Under the pieces are notes generated by a model that had not been told where the DNA came from, searched no databases, and worked only from the letters and a program-made list of their open reading frames with translations. A program made the translations under genes and the position numbers. A stretch of 59,318 nucleotides of DNA, filler included. It is 4 parts of 4 records of this genome, joined end to end, with 100 filler letters (N's around TTAATTAATTAA, not from the genome) between each part and the next. Parts side by side here need not be neighbours in the genome. Positions count along the whole stretch, not along the records: positions 31,834 to 54,113 come from SRR31156797_7068; 3 more parts are not named here. The stretch is one strand, 5' to 3'. Every line of letters starts with the position of its first letter. Position 1 is the first letter of the stretch. Shown here in pieces: positions 33,154-42,582 of this stretch.

Positions 33154-34650
33154 TCAGGGGCGGGGCTGCAGGGTCTTTCTCATCAGTTCGGTCATCCGCC
33201 TGTCCTCGTTCTGCATCCGCCAGTGGAGCAGCTTCCGGCTGTAGCCCCACATAAGGGGGATAGCCTCCCCGCTCCCCGAGAGATCATCCAGCTCTCCGGG
33301 ATCGGCTTCCAGGTCGAAGAAGAGGGGATCGTAGGAGGGATCGGCGAACTCCACGTACTTGTATCGTTTGTCCCGGACGATCCAGATCAGCTTCTTGTGA
33401 TCATCCTCTTCCGGACGGAAGGGATCGCTGTAGTCGAACTCGCTGAAAACGGCCTCATGCAGAGCCTCTTCCCGGCTGCCGTCAAGGTAGCCTGCCAGGC
33501 TCTCGCCCTGAACGACCCCGGGTATGGGACGGTCCATCAACTCCAGAAGGGTGGGAACGATATCCACCGAAGAGACCAAGTCCGTTACCGTCCGGCCCCG
33601 GGTCGCATCGCCCCGGGCAGAGGGATCCCGGATGATCAGGGGCACCCGGATGGCCGAGTCGAAGTAATGGCCCTTGTCATTGAGCCAGTGGTCTCCGTTA
33701 TAGGCTCCGTGGTCGGAACTGAAGATGATCAGGGTTTCGTCCCACTGCCCCGTCTCTTTAAGATAGTCGAAGAGCCGTCCCAGGTTGTCATCCACCTCGC
33801 TGACCATGCCGTGATAGAGGGCCCGCTGCTCCCGGCAGTAACGGACGACGCCCTGGTCATCGGTTCTCATCATACCCCTGAGATAGGGATGTCCCGCGTC
33901 CCGCTCCTCTTCGCTGCGGGAGGGAGGGGGCATGGTCTCGGGATCGTACATATCGTGATAGGGTTCGGGGCAGATCTCGGGATGGTGGGGCTTGTAGATG
34001 TTGAGATTCAGGGTCCAGGGCCTGTCTCCGCTGGAGGCGATATAGTCCAGAGCCCGATCGGTGAGGAAATGGGTTTCGCTCTCCTCCCGGCTGCATAGGG
34101 CGGGGTAGCTGCGCTCCCATCGCTCCCCCGGCCCCTCTTCCGGGACGTCCCAGGCGCGCATCTCGTATTTCCCCAGCGCCTCTTCGGGATATCCCCGGCC
34201 CCGCAGGAACTCTCCGTACTCGGGGCTGAAGCTTTCGTGATAGAGCTCGGTATCGAAACCGGGCAGGGTATTGTCATAGGCAAAGGTCCTGCGCCGCTCG
34301 TCACCCTCAGAAAGGATCGCCGGGTCCACCGCGTAATCATGATTCCCGATCAGGACCGGTTCCCGCCCCGACTCCCTGAGCCAGCTGCCCCAGTTGTTCT
34401 CCGCATCCGCCAGGGGGACCTGGTTTCTCGTGGACCGATTCCTGTGGAGATAGGTCCCCGACATGAGGCAGGCTCTGCTGGGGCCGCAGGGGGAGGCCTG
34501 TACGACGCAGGTCTCGAAGCGGACCCCCTCGGCGGCCAGGCCGTCAAGGGCCGGTGTTTTAACAAAATCATTCCCATAACAGCCCAGGGCGTCGGGCCGC
34601 ATCTGATCGGAGATGATAAACAGAACATTCTTAATCTCGCTCATATCCAT
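33154..34650 (-). CDS. Sulfatase-superfamily hydrolase, phosphonate monoester hydrolase/phosphodiesterase-like
   Basis: IISDQMR, formylglycine motif CGPSR, RNQVPL, PHHP, SDHG, C-terminal KLLHWRMQNEDRRMT resembling PMH enzymes. Confidence 0.82.
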   Translation of the reverse strand: MDMSEIKNVLFIISDQMRPDALGCYGNDFVKTPALDGLAAEGVRFETCVVQASPCGPSRACLMSGTYLHRNRSTRNQVPLADAENNWGSWLRESGREPVLIGNHDYAVDPAILSEGDERRRTFAYDNTLPGFDTELYHESFSPEYGEFLRGRGYPEEALGKYEMRAWDVPEEGPGERWERSYPALCSREESETHFLTDRALDYIASSGDRPWTLNLNIYKPHHPEICPEPYHDMYDPETMPPPSRSEEERDAGHPYLRGMMRTDDQGVVRYCREQRALYHGMVSEVDDNLGRLFDYLKETGQWDETLIIFSSDHGAYNGDHWLNDKGHYFDSAIRVPLIIRDPSARGDATRGRTVTDLVSSVDIVPTLLELMDRPIPGVVQGESLAGYLDGSREEALHEAVFSEFDYSDPFRPEEDDHKKLIWIVRDKRYKYVEFADPSYDPLFFDLEADPGELDDLSGSGEAIPLMWGYSRKLLHWRMQNEDRRMTELMRKTLQPRP

Positions 34651-34654
34651 ATCC

Positions 34655-35953
34655 TTATACGGTAACCGGCTTATCCGCGATATCCCGTCTGCGGGAGAGG
34701 TCCAGGGCCATGGCCCCTGCGCCGAGGACGGCGCTGAGGACCCAGAGTACCAGCAGAAGATCCCAGCCGAAATGCTGCACCGCCAGGCCCGTCAGCACCG
34801 AGGCCGCCCCTGCGGCCAGGTAGGAGCAGAAGTCCAGGAAGCCCGCCACCGTGGAGACAGCGCCCATCCGGGCGAAGTTCATGGGGATAACCCCCAGGAG
34901 CAGGGTGTTCGCCCCGTACATAAAGGCGGAGGTCAGGGACAGCAGGAGGAGCCCGCCCCACAGAGGGCCGTCTCCCCAGAGGATCAATCCGCCCAGTGAG
35001 AGAGCGGCCGACAGCAGCAGGATGAGGATGGTCCTCTTCTCCCGCCCTCCGGTCAGGCTGTTCAGGCGGGAGGCCAGGAGCATCCCTCCCAGGTTCATGA
35101 CGGGAACCAGCAGGATGAGCTTGACCGTCAGGTCCATCCCCAGATTCCAGCGCTCCAGGATAAAAACAGGTCCCCAGAGCCCGATCCCGTCCTTGACCAT
35201 GCCCTGAGCAAAACAGGCCAGCACGGTCATCCCCAGCCGGGAGCTCTTGAAGATCTCTCTGAGTCCGGGCTTGGGCCCGTCGTCCCCGGCGGCCTCCGCG
35301 TGAAGGGTGTTGGGGCTCACCAGCCCCAGGTCCTCGGGCCGCTCCCGAAGGAAGATGAACCAGAGCAAGGCGAAGGCCCCTATAAAGGCTCCGGGAACCT
35401 GGAAGGCGCTCCTCCATCCCGATACGGCGACCAGATGGCCCGAGAAGCCCCAGGCCAGCAGAAAGCCCACCGCCATGGAGGTGGAGAGTCCCACGGCGAC
35501 GGCGGCCCTCTTCTCATGGGAGAACCAGTGGGAGACGGTCTTGACGATGGGCCCCCAGAGCATGGACTGGAAATACCCGTTGAAACCCCATAGGACCAGC
35601 ATCACGGGAACCGCCCCGGCGAGGCCGAAGAGGAGGTTGGCCAGAGCGGCGACGATCAGGCCGATGAAGACGAACTGACGGGAGGAGCAGCGGTCCCCCA
35701 GCCTGCCGTTGATCAGCTGTCCCGTGCCGTAGATCCAGAAGAAAGCGGTCCCCAGCAGTCCCAGGGCCGCCTTGGAGACGCCCAGGTCCTCCTCCAGCGC
35801 CGGCAGGGCCACCGACAGGTTCACCCGGCCGAAGTAGATCAGGGCGTAGGCGGCCCAGCAGAGGGAGAAGGTCAGGATCTGCCCCCTGAAAAGCCTGCGT
35901 CTGTCGCTGTCCCCCGGGCTGATGGCCCCGCTCCCGTTTCCGTCATTTTTCAT
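34655..35953 (-). CDS. MFS transporter, OPA (GlpT/UhpC-like) family
   Basis: YFGRVNLS, YGTGQLINGRLGD, NGYFQSMLWG, HWFSHEKR, AGFLDFCSYL. Confidence 0.85.
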   Translation of the reverse strand: MKNDGNGSGAISPGDSDRRRLFRGQILTFSLCWAAYALIYFGRVNLSVALPALEEDLGVSKAALGLLGTAFFWIYGTGQLINGRLGDRCSSRQFVFIGLIVAALANLLFGLAGAVPVMLVLWGFNGYFQSMLWGPIVKTVSHWFSHEKRAAVAVGLSTSMAVGFLLAWGFSGHLVAVSGWRSAFQVPGAFIGAFALLWFIFLRERPEDLGLVSPNTLHAEAAGDDGPKPGLREIFKSSRLGMTVLACFAQGMVKDGIGLWGPVFILERWNLGMDLTVKLILLVPVMNLGGMLLASRLNSLTGGREKRTILILLLSAALSLGGLILWGDGPLWGGLLLLSLTSAFMYGANTLLLGVIPMNFARMGAVSTVAGFLDFCSYLAAGAASVLTGLAVQHFGWDLLLVLWVLSAVLGAGAMALDLSRRRDIADKPVTV

Positions 35954-37610
35954 ACAGCAGCTCCTCTCCGTCGGACCTCAGGATCCCGTAGCGCTCTATC
36001 CGGTCGCCCACCCTCCAGCGTACGGGGGTGGTGGAGGCCGTCCAATTCAGGGGCTCTGCGGGGGGGGCGGGAACGGCGACCTTCCGGAAGGCCGCCTTCA
36101 GGTCCCGGCGGATCTCGCCGCTCACGGCCTCGGGGCCGGCGGAGACGAACAGGGGGGTGCCGCTGTCGGCCAGAAGGCGGAGCCACTCGCGGTTGAGTTC
36201 CCAGGGGATCCGTCCGTCTATGCCCACGCAGTCGGCGTCCACATGGTAGAAGCTGCCGTGCTGCCCCATGCGGTGAGACAGGGCATTGATACCGTGGCGC
36301 CTGGTCTTCTCCCAGGAGAAGCTGCTGGTATCCTCCCCCGTCCTCTGTATGGGGATGATCCCCGCCGCCAGATGAGTCAGGGTGTTACAGCCGATCACAA
36401 GGGCCTCGCCGGCCCCGTCGGCGACGGCCCTGTAGAAGTCCTTCACGATCTCCGCGCTGGTCCGGCTGCGGTCGGCGAAGGGGACGCGGGGCTCCTCCCT
36501 GTTCAGCGCGGCGGCCTGGCTGATCATATCCGCCGCCTTCAGAACGGCCTCGTTGTAACGGGTGATCCTGTTTCCGAAGCGGTTGCCGTAGGTGCCGAAG
36601 ATATCCCGGGTGGAGAAATCGTGCTTGATAAGGCGGAATCCCCATTCACAGGTCATCCTGGCCGTATCCTGCCGCACCACATCCAGGACCTCGGGGAGGG
36701 AGGGATCCAGCTGGTAGCCGCCCTGGGGTTCGGAGAAGCGCCGCCAGGAGAAGGGATACTTCTCCACGGTCTGCAGGGGACGGAACCAGATGCCCGGCCT
36801 CACACCCTCGGCCTCCATGGCACCCGCGAGAGAGGGCATGTCCGGGAAGAAGTGATTCCCCCTGTCCCAGGGGCCTCCGTTGTAGTCCCGGAAGTAGCTG
36901 CAGCTCTGCCAGCCGTTATCGATCACCATATAGGGACGGTTATCCGATTCGCATAGTTCGGACATAAGAACCGAATCCTCCAGTATCTCCTCCCGGGAGG
37001 AGGTAATGCCGTAGGTATAGTACCAGTTGTTCCCCCCGTACACGGGATGGTCGGGAAGCACCGGATCGGGGCAGAGTTCGCGGCAGAAATCATGATGGAC
37101 CTGATAGGCCCTCTTTCCCTCCTCTCCCCGGTGAACGCGGATTACGGCGGCCTCGAGGCATCGCTCTCCCAGAAGGACGGGTTCCGTGCCGTTGCGCAGA
37201 TCAAGAAAAAGGGAGACTCCCTCTTCGTCCGCCCTCCAGAAACACATGGCCGACGGACCGGTCTCCACGCCTACGCCCCAGCAGCAATCCCTCTCAAGGG
37301 CCAGAAAGTACCAGGGGAGATTACGCTCGGGACGGATGCCCGCCCACTCCAGATCCCCGTAGGCTCTCTCCCACTGATCCCCCATAAAGAGGGAGCCTTC
37401 TTCGGGCTCGCCCTTCCATCGGAGATGGATGCGCCTGATCCCTCCGGTACCGCACTCCACCGTCAGCCTGCTGCGGCCCTTCTCTTCAACGATCCGCAGC
37501 CTGCTGTCTCCGGCTGTCCAGCCGCTGTTTCCGCAGACCGCGGGATTCCATCTATCCTCTTCCTGTATATGCACCGTATCGGGTGCGCCCGTGATTCTCA
37601 TGTAGTCCAT
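35943..37610 (-). CDS. GH36/GH27-clan (alpha-galactosidase-like) glycoside hydrolase
   Basis: GGNNWYY, VIDNGWQ, PGIWFRPL, IKHDF nucleophile, QRTGED. Confidence 0.75.
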   Translation of the reverse strand: MDYMRITGAPDTVHIQEEDRWNPAVCGNSGWTAGDSRLRIVEEKGRSRLTVECGTGGIRRIHLRWKGEPEEGSLFMGDQWERAYGDLEWAGIRPERNLPWYFLALERDCCWGVGVETGPSAMCFWRADEEGVSLFLDLRNGTEPVLLGERCLEAAVIRVHRGEEGKRAYQVHHDFCRELCPDPVLPDHPVYGGNNWYYTYGITSSREEILEDSVLMSELCESDNRPYMVIDNGWQSCSYFRDYNGGPWDRGNHFFPDMPSLAGAMEAEGVRPGIWFRPLQTVEKYPFSWRRFSEPQGGYQLDPSLPEVLDVVRQDTARMTCEWGFRLIKHDFSTRDIFGTYGNRFGNRITRYNEAVLKAADMISQAAALNREEPRVPFADRSRTSAEIVKDFYRAVADGAGEALVIGCNTLTHLAAGIIPIQRTGEDTSSFSWEKTRRHGINALSHRMGQHGSFYHVDADCVGIDGRIPWELNREWLRLLADSGTPLFVSAGPEAVSGEIRRDLKAAFRKVAVPAPPAEPLNWTASTTPVRWRVGDRIERYGILRSDGEELLYEK

Positions 37611-37749
37611 AGGACCTTCATCATATTCCCGCCTTCATGAGAAAGACAGGGACCCTTGTGAGGTCCTTATGGACGTTTGTGTGCTTATGGATCGCTTATA
37701 GGCACCTGAATGATGATCAGCCGGGACCGGATCAGCGGCCGCGGCACGG

Positions 37750-38577
37750 TCAGTTCCTGCGCAGGGAGATCGGGCTTGTCCCGAAATGGTCCTTGAAGCG
37801 GTGAGAGAAGTAGCCCGGATTCTCGAAGCCGGTGCGGAAGGCGATCTCCTTGACCGAGAGCCCGGTGTTCTCGATAAGATCAGCGGCCCACTTCATCCTC
37901 TGATTCCGGAAGTAGCGCATGGGCGAGATCCCCAGATACTCGGAAAAAAGGCGGTTCAGATGGGAGACGCTGACGCCGGCGGCCTCCGCCAGCTCCCGAA
38001 CCGGCAGATTCCGATCCAGATGTTTTTGTATATACCCCATGGATCGGACGATCGGCGCCGGGTAGCTTTCCCGGCGGTCCCGCCGCAGTTCCAGAAGAAG
38101 CCGATACACCAGGGCGCTCAGCTCAATGCCGTCGCAGGCTCCCTCCAGTTCGGCGCTCACCGCCTTGAAGAGGCCCTTCACTATGCCCGGCTCCGCGGGA
38201 TGGCATACCCCCGCCAGGGACCACAGGGGCGACAGGAGCTCCGCGTCCGTTGAAGAGAGTACGAGGAAACGCTTGAACAGGTATCCCGAGTCTCCGCACT
38301 CGTAGCGATGGGGAATCCCGGGGGGCAGGATATAGAGGCTTCCCCGGGAGACCGCGAAGCGGCGCTCCCCCAGGGTGACCCGGGCATCTCCGCCGGTCAC
38401 CAGCTCCAGGGTGAACTCCCTGTGCCCCTTCCCCCGCGCATAGGAATCCCCGCGGCCCCAGACGGCATAGCCCGCCTTGTCGACCATCAGAGGCAGATCC
38501 TGTCCCTCCGAGGGCCTGCGTATCCACAGGCGGCTGAAACAGCGCCCTCGTTTCTCTGGGAAATCATCATAGACCAT
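37750..38577 (-). CDS. AraC-family regulator
   Basis: Cupin-like PPGIPHRY plus C-terminal HTH (VKEIAFRTGFENPGYFSHRFK). Start at 38577 preferred. Confidence 0.9.
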   Translation of the reverse strand: MVYDDFPEKRGRCFSRLWIRRPSEGQDLPLMVDKAGYAVWGRGDSYARGKGHREFTLELVTGGDARVTLGERRFAVSRGSLYILPPGIPHRYECGDSGYLFKRFLVLSSTDAELLSPLWSLAGVCHPAEPGIVKGLFKAVSAELEGACDGIELSALVYRLLLELRRDRRESYPAPIVRSMGYIQKHLDRNLPVRELAEAAGVSVSHLNRLFSEYLGISPMRYFRNQRMKWAADLIENTGLSVKEIAFRTGFENPGYFSHRFKDHFGTSPISLRRN

Positions 38578-38700
38578 ATGAAGAGAGTAAATCCTAAATG
38601 AGAAAAAATCACAACTATTAGGAATATAAATGCATTTATATCGATTTAAAAACGGACTTATGATCGGAATAGACAATTACAATGATAGGGAGTTTATGAT

Positions 38701-40440
38701 ATGTGTCAGAAATCACAGTGGAGAGACGTGCTGATGGAGATCCCGGAACCCGAGGATTGCCGGGTAACGGTCAGACAGGACAAGGATTCGGAAACCGGAC
38801 TGATAGAGCTGAGTTGGGAGTCCGACGGCCCCCTGCCCGATCTCAGCTTCACCCTGTGGCAACCCCTCAAGGAGATCCACGGGGTGTGGAATCCCTCCCT
38901 GCGCTTCAACAAGGGCTTCGATGTGGACTGGGTCGAAGGATTCCGCAGTGAGGCCCTCTCCTGGGCCCCCGTGGTCGGCCTCTACCGCTATGACGGCCGC
39001 AACGCCCTTACCCTGGCGGCGGACGACGCCCTCCGTACCATGAGGATAGACAGCGGGGTCAACGAGGAGACGGCCCGCTTCAAATGCGTCTTCCACCTCC
39101 CGGCGGACGGGACGGGCCGCAAAACCCGGAGCCTCAGACTACGCCTGGACGACCGGCCTCTGCCCTACCACCGCTGCCTGAAGGAGGTCTCCCGCTGGTG
39201 GGAAGAGCTCTACCCTCCCCTGCCCACCCCCGAGGCGGCCACCCGCCCCCTTCTCTCCACCTGGTACAGCTTCCATCTGGGGCTGGACGAGAAAAGCCTG
39301 CTGGCCGAGTGCACCCGGGGAAGGGAGCTGGGCCTCGAGGGCATCATCATCGACGACGGCTGGCAGACCGAGGACAACCAGAGGACCTACGCTTTCTGCG
39401 GCGAATGGAAACCGGCGGCGTCCAAAATCCCCGACATGGGCTCCCTTGTACAGAAGATCCATGATCTGGGCATGAGCTGCATGCTCTGGTACGCCCTCCC
39501 CTACATAGGAGAGAAGACAGACGACTACGAGAGCTGGAAGGACAGGGTGCTGGCCATCGAGCCCGCCTACCCGGCCTGGCACGTGCTGGATCCCCGCTAC
39601 CCCGAGGTGAGGGAGCATATCGTCTCCACCTATGTCCTGGCGCTGGAGGACTGGGACCTGGACGGCTTCAAGCTGGACTTTCTGGACCGCTTCTCCCGGG
39701 CTCCCGCTATCAGGAATCCTGCAAAAGAAGGTATGGATATGACCTCGATCCCCGAGGCGGCGGACCGCCTGCTCACCACCCTGGCGGAGCGCCTGACCGC
39801 ACTAAAGCCGGAGATCCTCCTGGAGTGCCGCCAGACCTATATAGGCCCCCTGAGCCGACGCTACGGCAACGTCTTCCGTGCGGAGGACTGCCCCAACAGC
39901 TCCCTGACCAACAGGATCAGCCTGCTGGATATCCGACTGCTCTGCGGGGAAACGGCCACCCATGCGGATCCCCTGATGTGGAATACCGGGGAATCCCCGG
40001 AGAGCGCGGCCATGCAGTTCACCCACACACTCTTTTCGGTGCCCCAGGTCTCGGTTCCCTTGGAGGAACTGCCGGATGAACACCGGAGGATGATCCGCTT
40101 CTGGATCGGCTTTTATAAGGAGCACAGGGAGCTTCTTCTGAGGGGGGATATGGCTCCCCGCAGTCCCGAAGGGCTCTACGACCAGGTGATCCTGGACAAC
40201 GAGGAGGAGAGGATGATCATCTGTTACAACAGATCTCTGGTCGAGCTGGATTCGGAAAAGGGCGTAACCCTGGTAAACGCCTGCTGGGAGAAAGAGCTGA
40301 TCCTCAAGCGTCCCGATCACGCCCCTGAGCGAGCCTATGTCCTGAGGAACTGTCAGGGCGAGGAGGTCGGCAGCGGCAGGATCGGCGGAGGGCTCAGCGC
40401 CGTTTCCGTTCCTCCCGCCTCGGTACTCAGCCTTAACTGA
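38701..40440 (+). CDS. GH36 alpha-galactosidase
   Basis: STWYS, IIIDDGWQ, FKLDF, FRAEDCP. Confidence 0.85.
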   Translation: MCQKSQWRDVLMEIPEPEDCRVTVRQDKDSETGLIELSWESDGPLPDLSFTLWQPLKEIHGVWNPSLRFNKGFDVDWVEGFRSEALSWAPVVGLYRYDGRNALTLAADDALRTMRIDSGVNEETARFKCVFHLPADGTGRKTRSLRLRLDDRPLPYHRCLKEVSRWWEELYPPLPTPEAATRPLLSTWYSFHLGLDEKSLLAECTRGRELGLEGIIIDDGWQTEDNQRTYAFCGEWKPAASKIPDMGSLVQKIHDLGMSCMLWYALPYIGEKTDDYESWKDRVLAIEPAYPAWHVLDPRYPEVREHIVSTYVLALEDWDLDGFKLDFLDRFSRAPAIRNPAKEGMDMTSIPEAADRLLTTLAERLTALKPEILLECRQTYIGPLSRRYGNVFRAEDCPNSSLTNRISLLDIRLLCGETATHADPLMWNTGESPESAAMQFTHTLFSVPQVSVPLEELPDEHRRMIRFWIGFYKEHRELLLRGDMAPRSPEGLYDQVILDNEEERMIICYNRSLVELDSEKGVTLVNACWEKELILKRPDHAPERAYVLRNCQGEEVGSGRIGGGLSAVSVPPASVLSLN

Positions 40441-40442
40441 GA

Positions 40443-40480
40443 ATCCTGTCCGGAGAGACTGCGGATCTCTCCGGATAGGA
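40443..40480 (+). terminator. Long hairpin after GH36
   Basis: ATCCTGTCCGGAGAGA ... TCTCTCCGGATAGGAT; no clear U-tract. Confidence 0.5.
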
Positions 40481-40572
40481 TCGGCTGCTCTGGCAAAGCG
40501 GGAGGAATGACGGGAACATGGTTTCACTCCGTCTTTCCATAAGGGTACTGATACAGTGCTGCTCCCCATACA

Positions 40573-40587
40573 GTTGACGGAATCAAC
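40573..40587. promoter_or_regulatory. Putative MarR operator GTTGA-N5-TCAAC overlapping the marR -35
   Basis: GTTGACGGAATCAAC; TTGACG at 40574 and TATATT at 40598. Confidence 0.7.
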
Positions 40588-40629
40588 CTTGTATAGGTAT
40601 ATTGTATTGAAATCCCAGGGAGGGCGGAT

Positions 40630-41064
40630 ATGGATAACACCGGAATATCACAACTGAGTCGCGCCTTAATCCAGATCGGATGGTATTTCGGCCCGAACGG
40701 CGTAGAGGGAGGCTGGTGCAGCGATCTCTCCCTGAGCGAGATCATAGCGCTGAATAAGATATACCAGACCAAAGAATGCTCTGTAAAAGACGTGAAAACC
40801 ACCCTCAACTACACCAAAAGCGGTGCCACGAGAATCGTCAATCGCCTGGAGAAGAAAGGATACGTTCAAAAGGTAAAGGCCGAGACCGATGCCAGATTCT
40901 GCTGCATTACCGCAACGGACGAGGGGGAAGAGGTGTTGAAAAAGGCCGACTCAACGTACGCAGACAAGTTTACCGACCTTCTGAACACATTCCCCTCTGA
41001 CGCCACAGAGGGTATAAAAGCCAACTTTATCTCCATTGCCAGGAGACTGGATGATGAGATATAG
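40630..41064 (+). CDS. MarR-family regulator, Cys-containing
   Basis: TKSGATRIVNRLEKKGYV...DARFCCITATDEG; also WCSDLS. Confidence 0.88.
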   Translation: MDNTGISQLSRALIQIGWYFGPNGVEGGWCSDLSLSEIIALNKIYQTKECSVKDVKTTLNYTKSGATRIVNRLEKKGYVQKVKAETDARFCCITATDEGEEVLKKADSTYADKFTDLLNTFPSDATEGIKANFISIARRLDDEI

Positions 41065-41093
41065 GTCCAGGGTCCAGTTTTTCAGCAATTTTA

Positions 41094-41187
41094 GTTGACT
41101 CCTTCAACCACTATGCGTATACTAAGCTTATAGTTGATCATGTCAACTATAAAAAATCAAACACAAATGGTTGACGCATTCAACCAT
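41094..41187. promoter_or_regulatory. Three GTTGA-N5-TCAAC operators plus a sigma70 promoter upstream of the permease
   Basis: Sites at 41094-41108, 41133-41147 and 41170-41184; TTGACT (41095) N17 TATACT (41118). Confidence 0.78.
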
Positions 41188-41195
41188 AAAATAAG

Positions 41196-41262
41196 GCCCT
41201 TCGGCCCTACCCAAGGAAATCACCAGGGCTCCAGTGGAGCCTTGGTAGTACAAGGAGATTAA
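41196..41262 (+). promoter_or_regulatory. Conserved 5'-leader element, copy 1
   Basis: GCCCTTCGGCCC-tacccaaggaaATC-a-CCAGGGC TCCAGTGGA GCCTTGG-..-AAGGAG-ATG. Confidence 0.75.
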
Positions 41263-42159
41263 ATGAATACTCTGATGGAAACTATCCACTTTTTTCTATT
41301 TATCATGGCGGAGCTGACGGTGCTCTTCATAGGGATCAGTACCCTTGTGGCTTTCATCCTCATGTACATCCCCCCGGAGAAGATCAAGAACTGGCTTTCC
41401 CGAAAGGGATTGTGGGGCAACCTTCTGGGCTCTATGGTCGGGGCGCTGACCCCCTTTTGCGCCTGTTCGACCATCCCCATGACCCTGGGCATGCTGAATG
41501 CGGGAGCCCCCTTCGGACCCGTCATGTCCTTCGTCATAGCCTCTCCCCTCCTGAATCCCATCATCATCGGCATCGTCGCCACCCTGATGGGACTGAAGGC
41601 CGCCGTCCTTTACTTCTCCATCACCTTTCTGGGGGCCATGGTCTTCGGCTTCATCCTGGAGGCGACGGGAGGGGGAAAACTGGTAAAGAAAGTAAGGCTG
41701 AAAAACGGAGGCGACGGTATCACCGGAGCCGATATCCCCGAGACCCTGAAGGGGAAGCTGAAAGAGTCCTTTCTGTCCGCGTGGAGAGATTTCTCAGGGA
41801 TATTTATCTACCTCCTTATCGGAGTCGGAATCGGAGCGGGGATCTACGGCTACATCCCCCAGGACCTTGTGGCGAAGCTGGCCGGTCCCCAGAACCCGCT
41901 GGCCATACCCGTTTCCGCCATCATCGGCATCCCCCTGTACATCAGAGCCGAAACGGCGATCCCCATCGGCCTTGCCCTGTCACAGAAGGGGATGAGCCTG
42001 GGAGCCGTTATCGCCCTGATAATCGGAGGCGCCGGTATGGCCATTCCGGAAATGAGTATGCTCGCCAGTATCTTCAAGAAGAGGCTGGTCGGCTCGGTCG
42101 TATCGGTCATCTTTCTGACGGCCGTACTGGGCGGTTACACATTCAATATGATCCTGTAG
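41263..42159 (+). CDS. ArsP/DUF318-family permease
   Basis: TPFCACSTIP, ASPLLNP, GIPLY, SIPE-like AIPEM. Confidence 0.88.
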   Translation: MNTLMETIHFFLFIMAELTVLFIGISTLVAFILMYIPPEKIKNWLSRKGLWGNLLGSMVGALTPFCACSTIPMTLGMLNAGAPFGPVMSFVIASPLLNPIIIGIVATLMGLKAAVLYFSITFLGAMVFGFILEATGGGKLVKKVRLKNGGDGITGADIPETLKGKLKESFLSAWRDFSGIFIYLLIGVGIGAGIYGYIPQDLVAKLAGPQNPLAIPVSAIIGIPLYIRAETAIPIGLALSQKGMSLGAVIALIIGGAGMAIPEMSMLASIFKKRLVGSVVSVIFLTAVLGGYTFNMIL

Positions 42160-42194
42160 GGATCAGAAGCATAGAGAGATAGAGGAGTTTGGCT

Positions 42195-42365
42195 ATGAAA
42201 GACAAGAAGAACGGTCTTTTCGATTTTTTGAGAGGAAGCGGCAGCTGCGGATGCGGCGGAGGATTTGTGTATGAAGACGATGAGAACGAAAAATCTTCGG
42301 ATGAAAAGCGCGAGACGAAGAAGGATGAAAAAAACAAGGTGCCTGTGAGAAAAGGCTGCTGTTGA
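42195..42365 (+). CDS. Small 56-aa Cys-rich, highly charged protein (not in ORF track)
   Basis: SD AGAGGAG at 42181; MKDKKNGLFDFLRGSGSCGCGGGFVYEDDENEKSSDEKRETKKDEKNKVPVRKGCC*. Confidence 0.75.
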   Translation: MKDKKNGLFDFLRGSGSCGCGGGFVYEDDENEKSSDEKRETKKDEKNKVPVRKGCC

Positions 42366-42497
42366 TGTAGGATATGATTCTTTCGGGGATATGGAGTCCC
42401 ACGCCTCGGGGCCGGAAGGAGGGTTTCCTCTTGCGATTACACAGCCCTGCGAATCAGATCTATACATAGTGGCCTGGATGAGATCGGTTCAAACCCT

Positions 42498-42575
42498 TCA
42501 GTCAGCAAGATGTTCAAGCGGGTCACGGGAGTCACCCCCAGTCAATACCGAAAGGATTTAAAGCAAGACTCCTGA
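42498..42575 (+). pseudogene. Remnant of an AraC C-terminal HTH
   Basis: Translates SVSKMFKRVTGVTPSQYRKDLKQDS*; no recognisable AraC sequence upstream. Confidence 0.65.
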
Positions 42576-42582
42576 CAAATAC

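Noticed and set aside
42357-42377. Possible selenocysteine read-through (TGC TGT TGA TGT) in the small Cys protein
   Set aside because: No SECIS could be convincingly identified, and a terminal CC is a plausible natural end.
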